Shown here: positions 1 to 10,053 of the stretch, piece after piece | Numbering within the stretch: the stretch's first letter is position 1 | Layout of the letters: every line of letters begins with the position of its first letter | Origin: Octopus bimaculoides | Lineage: Eukaryota | Length of the DNA stretch: 39,837 bases | Direction: 5' to 3' | NCBI RefSeq assembly: GCF_001194135.2 | Contig: NC_068986.1 | Coordinates: forward strand, 85,724,193 to 85,764,029 | Notes under the pieces: generated by a model | The model's input: the letters and a program-made list of their open reading frames with translations, nothing else | Told to the model about the DNA's origin: nothing | Databases searched by the model: none | Made by a program: the position numbers and the translations under genes

Positions 1-409
1 CCCCACTACTTATTTTAAATATGATATATATTCTAGCGATCTCACTGAAAAACACAGACACAAAGGTATACATACGCAACACACACGCACTCACATACAC
101 GAGTACACACCTGCACACATACACGTAAATTCACTTTCATACACACCTCTCATTCTGCATACTTTTACACAGTCACACATATATAAACCCACCCCACTAC
201 CAACTAATTTCCATTACTATTTACTTCAATATTTATCTTTCCTTTAAACTATTTCCCAGCGAAGTTTAATTAGCCAAACATTTCAGCACACCTTTATTCT
301 CTAAAGTCTAATATAATATAAAATAAATATAACATACGTTGATATTTGAACCTATTACAGTATAACCCGCTCAATGTTTAGCTGTTACTTGACTCAAGGA
401 TCAACCCAC

Positions 410-960
410 CCTTGTCTTGTTCTTTCTCTACCCTACCCGCTCGTTTGACTTAACTGCTTCATGCTGCAGGTGGGGATTGTCTGAAATACATATATTTTAT
501 TTTCACATTTTCTGCCTTAGAATTACTGGCGTGAGAATATTCTGCTTTCTGTTTCTAATTTGTTTGGAAATCAAAGGTATTCACCATTTTTTTTTCATTT
601 TGCTTTTAAATTTCATCTTTCACTTCCCATCGCCTATTTCTGTCTATTCATTATATTTTCCTTTTTTCGTTATTGCTTTCCTTGCATTTTGAAACATGAA
701 ACATTCTTTGTTATTTTTCTTTTCCTCTTTGTATTTCTTCCTTTTTTTCTATGCTGCCTCTCTTCTCTCTCTTATGTTTTCCACAATTGCTGTCAACATT
801 TCGTTTCTACTTGAATTTATTTTTTATCATTTTCCTATTATTTATATTATTTTCACCATCTCATCTTTTCTCTATTTCATACCTTCTTTGTATTTCTTTT
901 CTGTCTTTCATTCATTTATTAACGATTCTCCAAAGCATTTGTAATCCGTTTTTTATTTCA
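410..960. repeat. T/pyrimidine-rich low-complexity tract
   Basis: Runs of T/C with few G; the four overlapping F/L/I-rich ORFs here are compositional artefacts. Confidence 0.7.
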
Positions 961-1448
961 TAAAACTAGCAGCAACGGGGGGTTTTCCTTCCGTCCGTCC
1001 CACTTGCAAATCTTTTAATTCCTGTTGCACGCTTAAGAGGACAACAATAATTATTCTCTGTTCATAGCCACCTCCTCTGTTTTTATCTATCTGTCTGTCT
1101 CGTTAGCTTATTTATACATTTATATATTGTCTGTGTATCTATGTTCGTCTCCTACCATGAAAACTATAAACTAAATGTAATCATAATGTAATCATCAGAC
1201 ATAAACAGAAAAAAAAATGTGCAAAACTATCAACCCCAAAATAAATGAAATATAAAGAAGCTTAAAGAGAGACAACAAAAAGCAATCCTGTAGTCGAATC
1301 TCCTCCTTGAGTATGAAAACCCCCTTTCAAAATACTTAGTGGCAATAGTAGATTATGAAGTATGTGGGACAATTTCACGCCCCTCACGTCATAGCTATGG
1401 TAGTGTTTGTGAAAGCAAATCTATTGCAGTGAAAAGCAATAGCCCTAT

Positions 1449-1461
1449 ATGTATGTGTGTC

Positions 1462-1535
<74 letters not shown>

Positions 1536-1575
1536 CATGCATATACATATATTTATGTGTATGTGTGTATATGTG
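1449..1575. repeat. (TG)n/(TA)n microsatellite
   Basis: Perfect (TA)n about 1472-1528, flanked by TG/CA repeats. Confidence 0.95.
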
Positions 1576-1734
1576 TTCAATGTATTTCCGGTTTTTCGTA
1601 TAAGCATTCTTGTTGCTTATATGCCAAGGTGCTGTTATTGCTGAAAATGTTGTTAGAATCGTTGGTGTCAAATTCAACTGTCCAATATATGTTTGTTATT
1701 TAGTAGGGCGGTGTGAGATTTGAATGAAATAACT

Positions 1735-1953
1735 TTTCTGCAATAGAAAACAAGGCCTGAACGTTTGGGAGAGTGACTAGTCGATTACAGCAACACCCAT
1801 GTTCAACTGGTACTTATCTTATGGAACTCCGAAAGGGAAGAGTGGCAAAGCCAACCCCAACGGAATTTGTACTCAGACTGCAAAAAAAGACGGACAAAAT
1901 GTGGCTAAGCATTCTTGTCTGTCGTGCTAACGATTCTAGTACTTTGCCACCTT
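1735..1953 (-). mobile_element. Degenerate tRNA-derived SINE, family C (AAGGCGGCGAG head, Nin-like central domain)
   Basis: Reverse complement aligns by eye with the copies at 8862 and 27739 (aaggtggc...gttagcac...atgcttagc...cctttcgg...ataagtaccagtt...taatcgact...ggccttg). Degenerate TSD-like flanks TTTCATTCGAAACT / TTTCATTCAAATCT. Confidence 0.8.
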
Positions 1954-1954
1954 A

Positions 1955-2720
1955 GTTTCGAATGAAACGCGACTGCGGTTCTTAGGTGGCAGAAAGTGTG
2001 CAAGCTTGACCGTTGAAGAGATAAGTTAAAAGGGTACAATGTGTGGGTTAAGCTCAAGTTGTTATGGAGGTAGGTGCGATGCATGGATCCGGAGATGCAA
2101 TCAGCGCGAGAGGGATGGAGGAGAGCATTGTTAACACTGATCTTGGATAAAATCGACACATGAAATTGGAGAATTGTCAGGTGAGATTGGGTCACAAACG
2201 CATCGTGCCGATGACAACATAAACTGCGAAGGAATAGTAATAATGAATTTCGAATAGAACCGTGCGAATAAATAGTAGTCTGGAGTAAAGGAGGGAAAAT
2301 TTAGAGTATTTCGTGTGGGAAGAAAGGATATTGAGCTGAATGAAAGTGAAAGTCGAATCGTTTACACACAAAGGACATGGTGAAGGTGAGATTGGATTAT
2401 AAATGATGAGATTGGATTATCAATTAAGAAAATTGAAAAAGGAGGAGCAGATTGTAAAAGTGAATTCAATGGTTTGGTAGAAATAATGATGACCTTAATG
2501 AAGATGATGCGTTGAATATGAGGGAGTACGGTAGCTCTAACGCAATGATCAATGTATCTACCATACACTTCAGGTGTGGGACTAGCGCAATTGAAAAAAA
2601 CATTTGCGATTCAAAGTAGTCAACGAAAAACGGTTTAGCTTAACTCGGGTCCATCCCAGTTCCCATGGCCACTGCGATGAAATGCTGGTAAAATTTGCCG
2701 TAGAAAAGGAATTCAAAGCA
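1955..2720 (-). pseudogene. Penelope-like retroelement RT core/thumb remnant
   Basis: Manual minus-strand translation gives GKFYQHFIAVAMGTGMDPS*A (2640-2700; cf. GVAMGTRMGPSYA), YGRYIDHCV (about 2540-2565; cf. RYIDD), FTICSSFFNFLN, and LTHTLYPFNLSLQR (cf. LTYHP linker). Many stops and frameshifts. Confidence 0.85.
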
Positions 2721-3691
2721 GATATGCATGCGCGCACTAACATGCCCATACACATACTAACGAACACATACGCATTCACATACAATTGTATATGATTTTT
2801 ACACGCTGAGATAAACGTTGCTTATATCCAGTGTAACAAGGAATAACCTGGTTAAAATACACAGATATATTTATGTAACTCAATTTATTGATATAAATAT
2901 AATCTATAAATTCTGTACTTTGCTTGTGAAACAATCTCGACACTTCCATAATGCATTAACTTCCAAAATGGTGCAAAGGTGTAGTAGTTGATCCAATGGC
3001 ACCTATAAATTATAACATGGCTGCCGGATTTCGACAACCATTTTAATGATAAACGATTCTTAAAGTAGCATCAATTGTACTGGTACTTAAAACGCTTGCT
3101 CTGCGAATGTGATGTACGGCTAGAGAATCAACAGGCGTAGAGAGCATAATCCATGTGGTATATGATCTATAGCTTTCAATTCGATTGAGCTTATTAGAAC
3201 GACACTCACATGATTTACTCCTCTGGGCAGCGCAAACATTTGACCAGTATATGTATGACGGAACATATATAAGGTCAAATTCATCATTTGTTGATGGAAG
3301 ACTTGTAGAATTGTTGATACCACGAATATATTAATGCGAAAATAAAGATTTCAAAATGGAATCGGTGATGAAGAAATATATACTTGAACGTTGGCCAGAC
3401 GCTTTAGAAAGCTGCCAAATAGCTTGTGCTGGTAAAATAGAAATTAATTGACAGGGTTAGGGGTAGAAATAAAATAAAGTAAAAACAAATGGTGCTGAAA
3501 ATGACAAAAATACTATCGATTATATAAAATAAAATTTTGTGACAACATTAGAAATTTGTCCCATTGGTTATTAAAACTTTAATGAAGAGCGGTGCTCAGT
3601 GATGTGCCGTAAAATGGTCTTCAGTCTGTTATACTAAGGTTTACACCATTAGTAAACAAGCACACATAAAATGAGTACAGATAGAAGCCTA

Positions 3692-3730
3692 TACAGGATT
3701 GGTCAAAAGTCATCCGACAGTAAATAAGTT
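3692..3730 (+). mobile_element. Possible Tc1/mariner TIR remnant
   Basis: TA-CAGGATTGGTCAAAAGTC resembles Tc1/mariner termini; no partner TIR found. Confidence 0.3.
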
Positions 3731-3945
3731 CCATAAATACTTAATATTCAGTTTCATTTATTCATTTGGAAAAATGGTGTCCCTCAAGAGCGACTTCATT
3801 TAGAACAATTTTCATGATGATTCATATTTAGACGCTTGTACTAAATTCATTCAACTGTTAAACATATAAATCTTGGAATTAAATGGTTTAGGGTTTAAAT
3901 TTACTGTAAGCTGACTTTTGGCCAACCTCGTATTCCTAAATACAC

Positions 3946-3992
3946 GTGTCTGTGTATGTATATATCTATCTGTCTGTCTGTCTATCTGTCTG

Positions 3993-4040
<48 letters not shown>

Positions 4041-4069
4041 CCCTCCCTCTCTCTCTCACTCTCACTCTT

Positions 4070-4145
<76 letters not shown>
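3946..4145. repeat. Compound (CTGT)n/(CTAT)n/(CT)n/(TA)n microsatellite
   Basis: Direct reading of tandem units. Confidence 0.95.
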
Positions 4146-4146
<1 letters not shown>

Positions 4147-4472
4147 CAAAATAAGCAACAAGGATATCCAGAGGTAATGCAGTACTATCGTTTCATGCAA
4201 CACTATTTAATTGAACAATGCAATCATTACATGAATTTAAAATGCAGAGCAATCTTCAGCTGCACAAAGATATAGAATTTAATTAAATTAAAACAGATGG
4301 ACACATTAGAATAATTATACCTAAAATCTCCAAGAAGTTAAAGAGATAGACAAAGAATATGCTGTCTTCACTCCAGGAGAGATATCCTTGTTGCTTATTT
4401 TGATTTTAATCACCTTACTTTGAAATTGTATGGATATTACCGTACTAAATTCTGGCACCTCAACTCAAGTAC
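4146..4472. mobile_element. Long-TIR MITE/foldback element, left arm truncated
   Basis: Perfect 23-bp inverted repeat at 4146-4168 / 4381-4403. The right arm (to 4472) and the interior match a second copy at 36565-36860. Confidence 0.8.
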
Positions 4473-4624
4473 CATTGTTACGTGGTTAGTAGCGTTATTA
4501 TCGTTGCGTACTTTTATTTATTTTTACAAGCATCGGCAGTTCAAGTTTCGGAAATTTCTCGATAGCACATGTTTTTTCTTATCATGTATCAGTTGATTGA
4601 TCTGGCCAACAGTAAATCACGTAG

Positions 4625-4700
4625 GTTGTCATGTATCTAGTGACGTGGTTGGTCATGTATTTGGTGACGTGTTTGGTCATGTGTCTGGTGACATGTTTGG
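4625..4700. repeat. 24-bp (2x12) minisatellite TGGTCATGTATTTGGTGACGTGTT, about 3 copies
   Basis: Direct reading; produces the HVT/HMT-repeat ORF 4582-4782. Confidence 0.8.
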
Positions 4701-5694
4701 GGTATTTGATTAGTAAAGAGATTGACTGTTCTTTCCAGTAGCTATTCAAAGATGGCCCTACTTTATATTTGACTAGGAGCAAATTTGATATATGGTTGCC
4801 AGCTGAGTTGAGCTCCTATTTATTGTTAGAATTGAGACAGGGTGATGAATAATGCAGAGTTTCTTTCTAGAGGAGAGAAACACTAAATCGTACTTCAAAC
4901 GACTTTAAAGCCGAAACACCTGTTGATACGTGTCGAAAAGGGCAAACTTTATCGAAGATACTACTAATTTCATGAAAATGGAAAGGTGACCACTTCAAAA
5001 AAGGACTTTCCTTAGAGTCAGCTGGTGTATGAGTGCAGTCAGAGAAAGATTGACTGAGCGAAATAAACGTTGGAAAATATTTACCGTAAACAGGAATGCT
5101 TATATATGAAACCGTATACACTTGGGGATGCGGTATTCTTAATCATTTATAATTTTGTACTGGAAAATGAACAAAATACATGACATGCACACATATATGT
5201 ATGCATATATGTGTCTGTGTGGGTATAGGTGCTAGTGAGTGTGGCATAGTCGGTGCCATACACACTATTATGTGCCATCGGTTATAGCCAGATATCTTTC
5301 TATTATATCCCAAGTGAACTTTACGCTTGTACTCTTACTAAATTAATAAAAGATATAATCATTTCAAGGTTTACGCACTTATAATGATAGTAGGTGAGCG
5401 GGGCCATGGCCAGATGACAAAAGTAAAGAATTATGAAAATTTAAAAAAATGGAAACAAATCTTGTATCTTGTAGAGTGATGCAATGTCTGCTAAATTCTA
5501 GTTTTTTTTTTACAGAATTCAACTACTTTCACATGAAAATTACCATTATATCGCAGAAGATCCATTTTTGCCATTTAAATACACGTGAAAGAATAAATTA
5601 GCTTTTCATTTATTTTTTACGGTAAGAAAATGTACTTCGACCTGCAATGACCTGGTCACTGACAGTTCTTTTACAAGTGATTGAGTCACTTTCA

Positions 5695-6083
5695 CTGGAG
5701 GCGCAATGGCCCAGTGATTAGGGCAGCGGACTCGCGGTCATAGGATCGCAGTTTCGATTCCCAGACCGGGCGTTGTGAGTATTTATCGAGCGAAAAACAC
5801 CTAAAGTTCCACGAGGCTCCGACGGGGGATGGGTGGCGAACCCTGCTGTACTTTTTCACTACAACTTTCTCTCACTCTTACTTCCCGTTCCTGTTGTGCC
5901 AGTAATTCAAAGGGCCAGCCTTGTCACACTGAATATCCCCGAGAACTACGTTAAGGGTACACGTATCTGTGGATTGCTCAGCCACTTGCACGTTAATTTC
6001 ACGAGCAGGCTGTTCCGTTGATCGAATCAACTGGAACTCTCGACGTCGTAAGCCACGGAGTGCCAACAACAACAAACAACAAC
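5695..6083 (+). mobile_element. Full-length tRNA-derived SINE, family A
   Basis: A box TGGCCCAGTGA (5707-5717), B-box-like GTTTCGATTC (5751-5760), (CAA)n tail, 12-bp TSD GAGTCACTTTCA (5683-5694 / 6084-6095); second copy at 32463. Confidence 0.92.
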
Positions 6084-6282
6084 GAGTCACTTTCAAGGCA
6101 AGATTATCACAGAAATCAAAATTTGTTTATTTATATTTTTTAGTTAGTTGAGAGGAATCATACTATGTTTATTTATTCAGATTTTTATTAAACAAAATTA
6201 ATGTTTCTAGCATCATATTCTATATTTTCAAATTATATAACCATACTTATATTAAAACTTTTCAATAAGGTCTTCCAAAATA

Positions 6283-6350
6283 CGCACAAGGGCACATAAT
6301 TTCGCGGCTATTACAGATTATATCGACCTCAGTAATTCAATGGGTATATT
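6283..6350 (-). mobile_element. Highly degraded 3' fragment of SINE family C
   Basis: Reverse complement gtaccc...gaggtcgatataatc...aaattatgtgcccttg resembles the family C 3' half. Confidence 0.4.
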
Positions 6351-7023
6351 TCTGTATGAACTTCGTCGAAAATCGAACTCTCGCATGAAATTTTTAATGC
6401 TTTATTGTTTATGTAGTTGTGTCTACATAGGAAAAATATGCTTTACCTGAGATAAGATTCGTTAACGCAGTCTCAGAATTAAGCGCGCTGGGTTCTATAG
6501 ACGGATCTAGTTTTAGATTACATGACATTTATGTGTGATAACAAATCTTACGGCCGTTTCCGCATCTGGTACTGATAAATGTCTATAAATAATTGCTGAA
6601 ATAGAATTCTTCTTCTTCATAGGACATTCGAACAAGGACACGGAGCTTCATCAGAGTAAAATAAAAGCATCCAAAATAAACAAAAGGAAGAAGGAATAGG
6701 AAAGAAAACATGGTCTAGAAAAGAAGTCTAGAAGCTCAAAATATTAAAAGCATATAATCTACCATCATAGGGGTACGAAATCCGTAGGTGAGAGTGTGAA
6801 CTAGTATTGGTCTACGGAACAATAACCATTTATTACGGGTAATTACCTCTACTCTGCGAGCATAGTGTGCCTGCATGCCCATGCCTACAGATAAGACGAG
6901 TAACGGGTACCGATAGTATATACGGTTATTTTATCCCTTAATCGGTTATTTCAACCGCTAACTCTGCTTACATACATACATATATATATGTATATATATA
7001 TATATATNNNNNNNNNNCACACG

Positions 7024-7071
<48 letters not shown>

Positions 7072-7846
7072 TATGACTTGCATTTAATCAAAATAAGTCA
7101 TCAATATATACATCCGAATAATGGGACATCAACTTTAGCCAAGACTTATTTTATTCTGTTTCTTCATTCATTATTAGTATTTTTATACAAGAATTTAAAA
7201 ATACCAACATATCAACATATTCGCACCTACAAAGAAACGAGGCCAAGACAAAGGAAACGAGAAAAATAACGACTTCCTGTTCATGACACAATCTATCTAA
7301 GAATGTGAATCCATTCTACTTCGTTACTGTCGTTTGGTAAATATATTTTCTCCAAGAAGTTTTATTCGAGTTGGCTGCAATTTGCTGCTTAAAATATATT
7401 TCATATCTGATTTGACAAAGTAACTCCCCAACGTCCCACATCAAACTGAATGGAATCTCAATTGCTCAGAACAGTACACTTTGAGATACTGGAGACAGTC
7501 GGAGAAATGCGATGATTAATTTCGAAACGGTTGGTTCCTGGTTCTTGTTTAGGAAATCGTTAAAATCGAAATATATTTACGATCACGTCTCTATCAATTT
7601 CTTTTGTCATTAATCATTTTCTTCTTGGAGAAGTAAAGATGTTAAAGAAAAGAAAATGAGAGACGAGGGAGGGAGAGAGATAGATATATAGAGAGATAGA
7701 GAGAGAAAGGGAAGATTGAGAGATAGAGAGATAAAGGGAAGAAGAGAGACTTTGGTTTGGAGTATAAATGTGGGAGGATAGATGAGATTGTAAGAGGTGG
7801 GGGGTAAGTGCAAAGAATTGGGGAGAATGCTAAAGGTCGTGGGAGG

Positions 7847-7972
7847 AGAAGAAGAAGAAGAAGAAGAAGAAGAAGAAGAAGAAGAAGAAGAAGAAGAAGA
7901 AGAAGAAGAAGAAGAAGAAGAAGAAGAAGAAGAAGAAAAAGAAAAAAGAAAAGAAGAAGAAGAAGAAGAACA
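7847..7972. repeat. (GAA)n microsatellite
   Basis: Long perfect GAA run; source of the poly-E and poly-S ORFs. Confidence 0.97.
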
Positions 7973-8232
7973 AGAAGGTAGGTGCAATAAAGTGGGGGAA
8001 AAGGGGACGGAAGGGAGATGGATACGGTGTAAGAATGTGTAACTAAGTGTAGAGTAGAGAGTCAATGAAACATTGGTAGGAGGTACAATGTGCTACTCTG
8101 TGTTAGTGTATGTGTCTATGTGAACATGTCTATATGTATGTATATATGCATGGACATATATTTGTATGTATGCGTTTGTTTTTGCATAATTTTGTATGTA
8201 TATGTTTGTGTGTGTGTGTATATATACGTGGT

Positions 8233-8263
<31 letters not shown>

Positions 8264-8506
8264 NNNNNNNNNNNNNNNNNNNNNNNNNNNNNNNNNNNNN
8301 NNNNNNNNNNNNNNNNNNNNNNNNNNNNNNNNNNNNNNNNNNNNNNNNNNNNNNNNNNNNNNNNNNNNNNNNNNNNNNNNNNNNNNNNNNNNNNNNNNNN
8401 NNNNNNNNNNNNNNNNNNNNNNNNNNNNNNNNNNGTGGGCCTGTGTGAGTAGGTGCATGTATTTGTGTGTACGTGTATGTATGTGTGTGTGTATCTCTGT
8501 GTGTTC

Positions 8507-8552
<46 letters not shown>

Positions 8553-8861
8553 CGTGCCTGTGTGTGTGCGCACACTGCAGTTTTGTCGTCACCGGTTCTG
8601 CAGTAGTAATAAGAATAGTAGCCAGTGCAAAGGTGAAGTCGGGGGCGTTAGTATCAACAAACATTGAAATATATTTGGTTCAACCTATTTCTTGAATATG
8701 CTTATTTTTATTCTAGATGTGACCGGCATTGTGGTGATGGTTGTGGTTGGGATGTTAATAGTTGAGGACATATTGTTACTGTGGTAGTGTTAGCAGTATT
8801 GCTAGTAGTCCTTGAGGTAGTAGCGATGGTGGTCATAGCTCTTGGCAATATTCATAGTAGT

Positions 8862-9292
8862 AAAGGCGGCGAGCTGGCAGAAACGTTAGCACGCCGGGCG
8901 AAATGCTTAGCGGTATTTCGTCTTCCGTTACGTTCTGAGTTCAAATTCCGCCGAGGTCGACTTTGACTTTCATCCTTTCGGGGTCGATAAATTAAGTACC
9001 AGTTACGCACTGGAGTCGATCTAATCGACTTAATCCCTTTATCTGTCCTTGTTTGCCCCCTCTATGTTTAGCCCCTTGCGGGCAATAAAGGGATAGGTAA
9101 CGTTAGCACACCGGGCGAAATGCTTAGCGGTATTTCGTGTGCCTGTATGTCCTGAGTTCAAATTCTGCCGAGGTCGACTTTGCTTTTCATCCTTTCGGGG
9201 TCCATGAATTAAGTAGCAGATGCAAACTGGGTCGATCTAATCGACTGGCTCCTCCCCCACAAAGTTAGTGTCTTGTGCCTAGAGTACAATAG
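8862..9292 (+). mobile_element. Head-to-tail dimer of SINE family C (units 8862-9098 and 9099-9292)
   Basis: Two copies of gttagcac-ccgggcgaaatgcttagcggtatttcgt...gagttcaaatt...gaggtcgacttt...catcctttcgggg; flanked by a 15-bp TSD AATATTCATAGTAGT (8847-8861 / 9293-9307). Confidence 0.9.
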
Positions 9293-9427
9293 AATATTCA
9301 TAGTAGTTTTACAAGTAGCGGTTTCGGTGGTGGTGGTATTGATTACTGTGGTAGTGTTCACAACAGCAATAATGTTGTAAGAGGTAGTAGTCGTTATGCT
9401 CGTGTTAATTCTGCTCGTGTTGTGTGA

Positions 9428-9747
9428 CGTCGCATGGTGTAGGAGCTAGGGTATATGATTCACGATCTTAAGGTCGTGAGATCGATCGCCAGAAGCATCT
9501 TGTGTCCTTGAGAAAGTCACTATATTTTGCGTTGCTGCAGTCTACTCAGCTGGCAAAAAGGGGTTCTACATGTATTTCAAAGGGCTATTCTTGTCGCAAT
9601 CAGTGCCACGTTGAATGTCCCTGAGAACTCCCTTAAGTGTACGTGTCTGTAGTGTGTCCAGCGAGCTTGAACGTTAATTTCATGAGCAGGCTGTTCCGTT
9701 GATCGGATGAACTGCAACCTTGGTCAACGTAACGGACGGAGTGCCAG
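9428..9747 (+). mobile_element. Diverged CORE-type tRNA SINE, family B
   Basis: tgtgtccttgagaaagtcact...cagctggcaaaaa (CORE-like) plus the 3' tail gagaact...cgttaattt...ctgttccgttgatcgga...gacggagtgcc. Confidence 0.8.
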
Positions 9748-9754
9748 TTTTTGA

Positions 9755-10053
9755 AGGCAGGTGGCTTTGTATCTAGGATATTCTGCTCAGGTTCGTGAGT
9801 TCCGTTCACAGTGGCGCATTGTGCCCTTGAACAAGACAATTTATTTCATCTTGCTCTAGTGACTCAGCTGGCAAAAATGAGTAGTGCCTGTATTTCAAAG
9901 AAGCGGCTTTGTCGCATTCTGCGTTTCCCTGAGAAATACGTTAATTGTACGCGTGTCTGTGGAGTACTCAGTGATTTGCACGTTAATTTTATAAGCACGC
10001 TGTTATGTTGATCGGATCAACTGGAGAGCTCATCGTTGTAACCGACGGAGTGC
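9755..10053 (+). mobile_element. Second diverged family B SINE, adjacent in tandem
   Basis: aaggcaggtggc head, tgtgcccttgaacaagaca...cagctggcaaaaatgagt, tail ending accgacggagtgc. Confidence 0.8.

Noticed and set aside
3170-3450. Protein-like plus frame (LLERHSHDLLLW...MESVMKKYILERWPDAL) and a 95-codon open minus frame
   Set aside because: No recognisable domain or splice context; compatible with chance.
4625-4700. CRISPR-like or coding repeat
   Set aside because: Simple tandem 12/24-bp units without spacers, in a eukaryotic context.
4871-4986. Exon candidate (TTTCTTTCTAG| ... AAG|GTGACC)
   Set aside because: All three frames contain a stop before the donor.
5697-5770. SINE heads as tRNA genes (also 12684, 24227)
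   Set aside because: They have A/B boxes but no complete cloverleaf, and run directly into repeat bodies with tails or TSDs.
7610-8065. Poly-Ser and poly-Glu ORFs
   Set aside because: Translations of the (GAA)n microsatellite.
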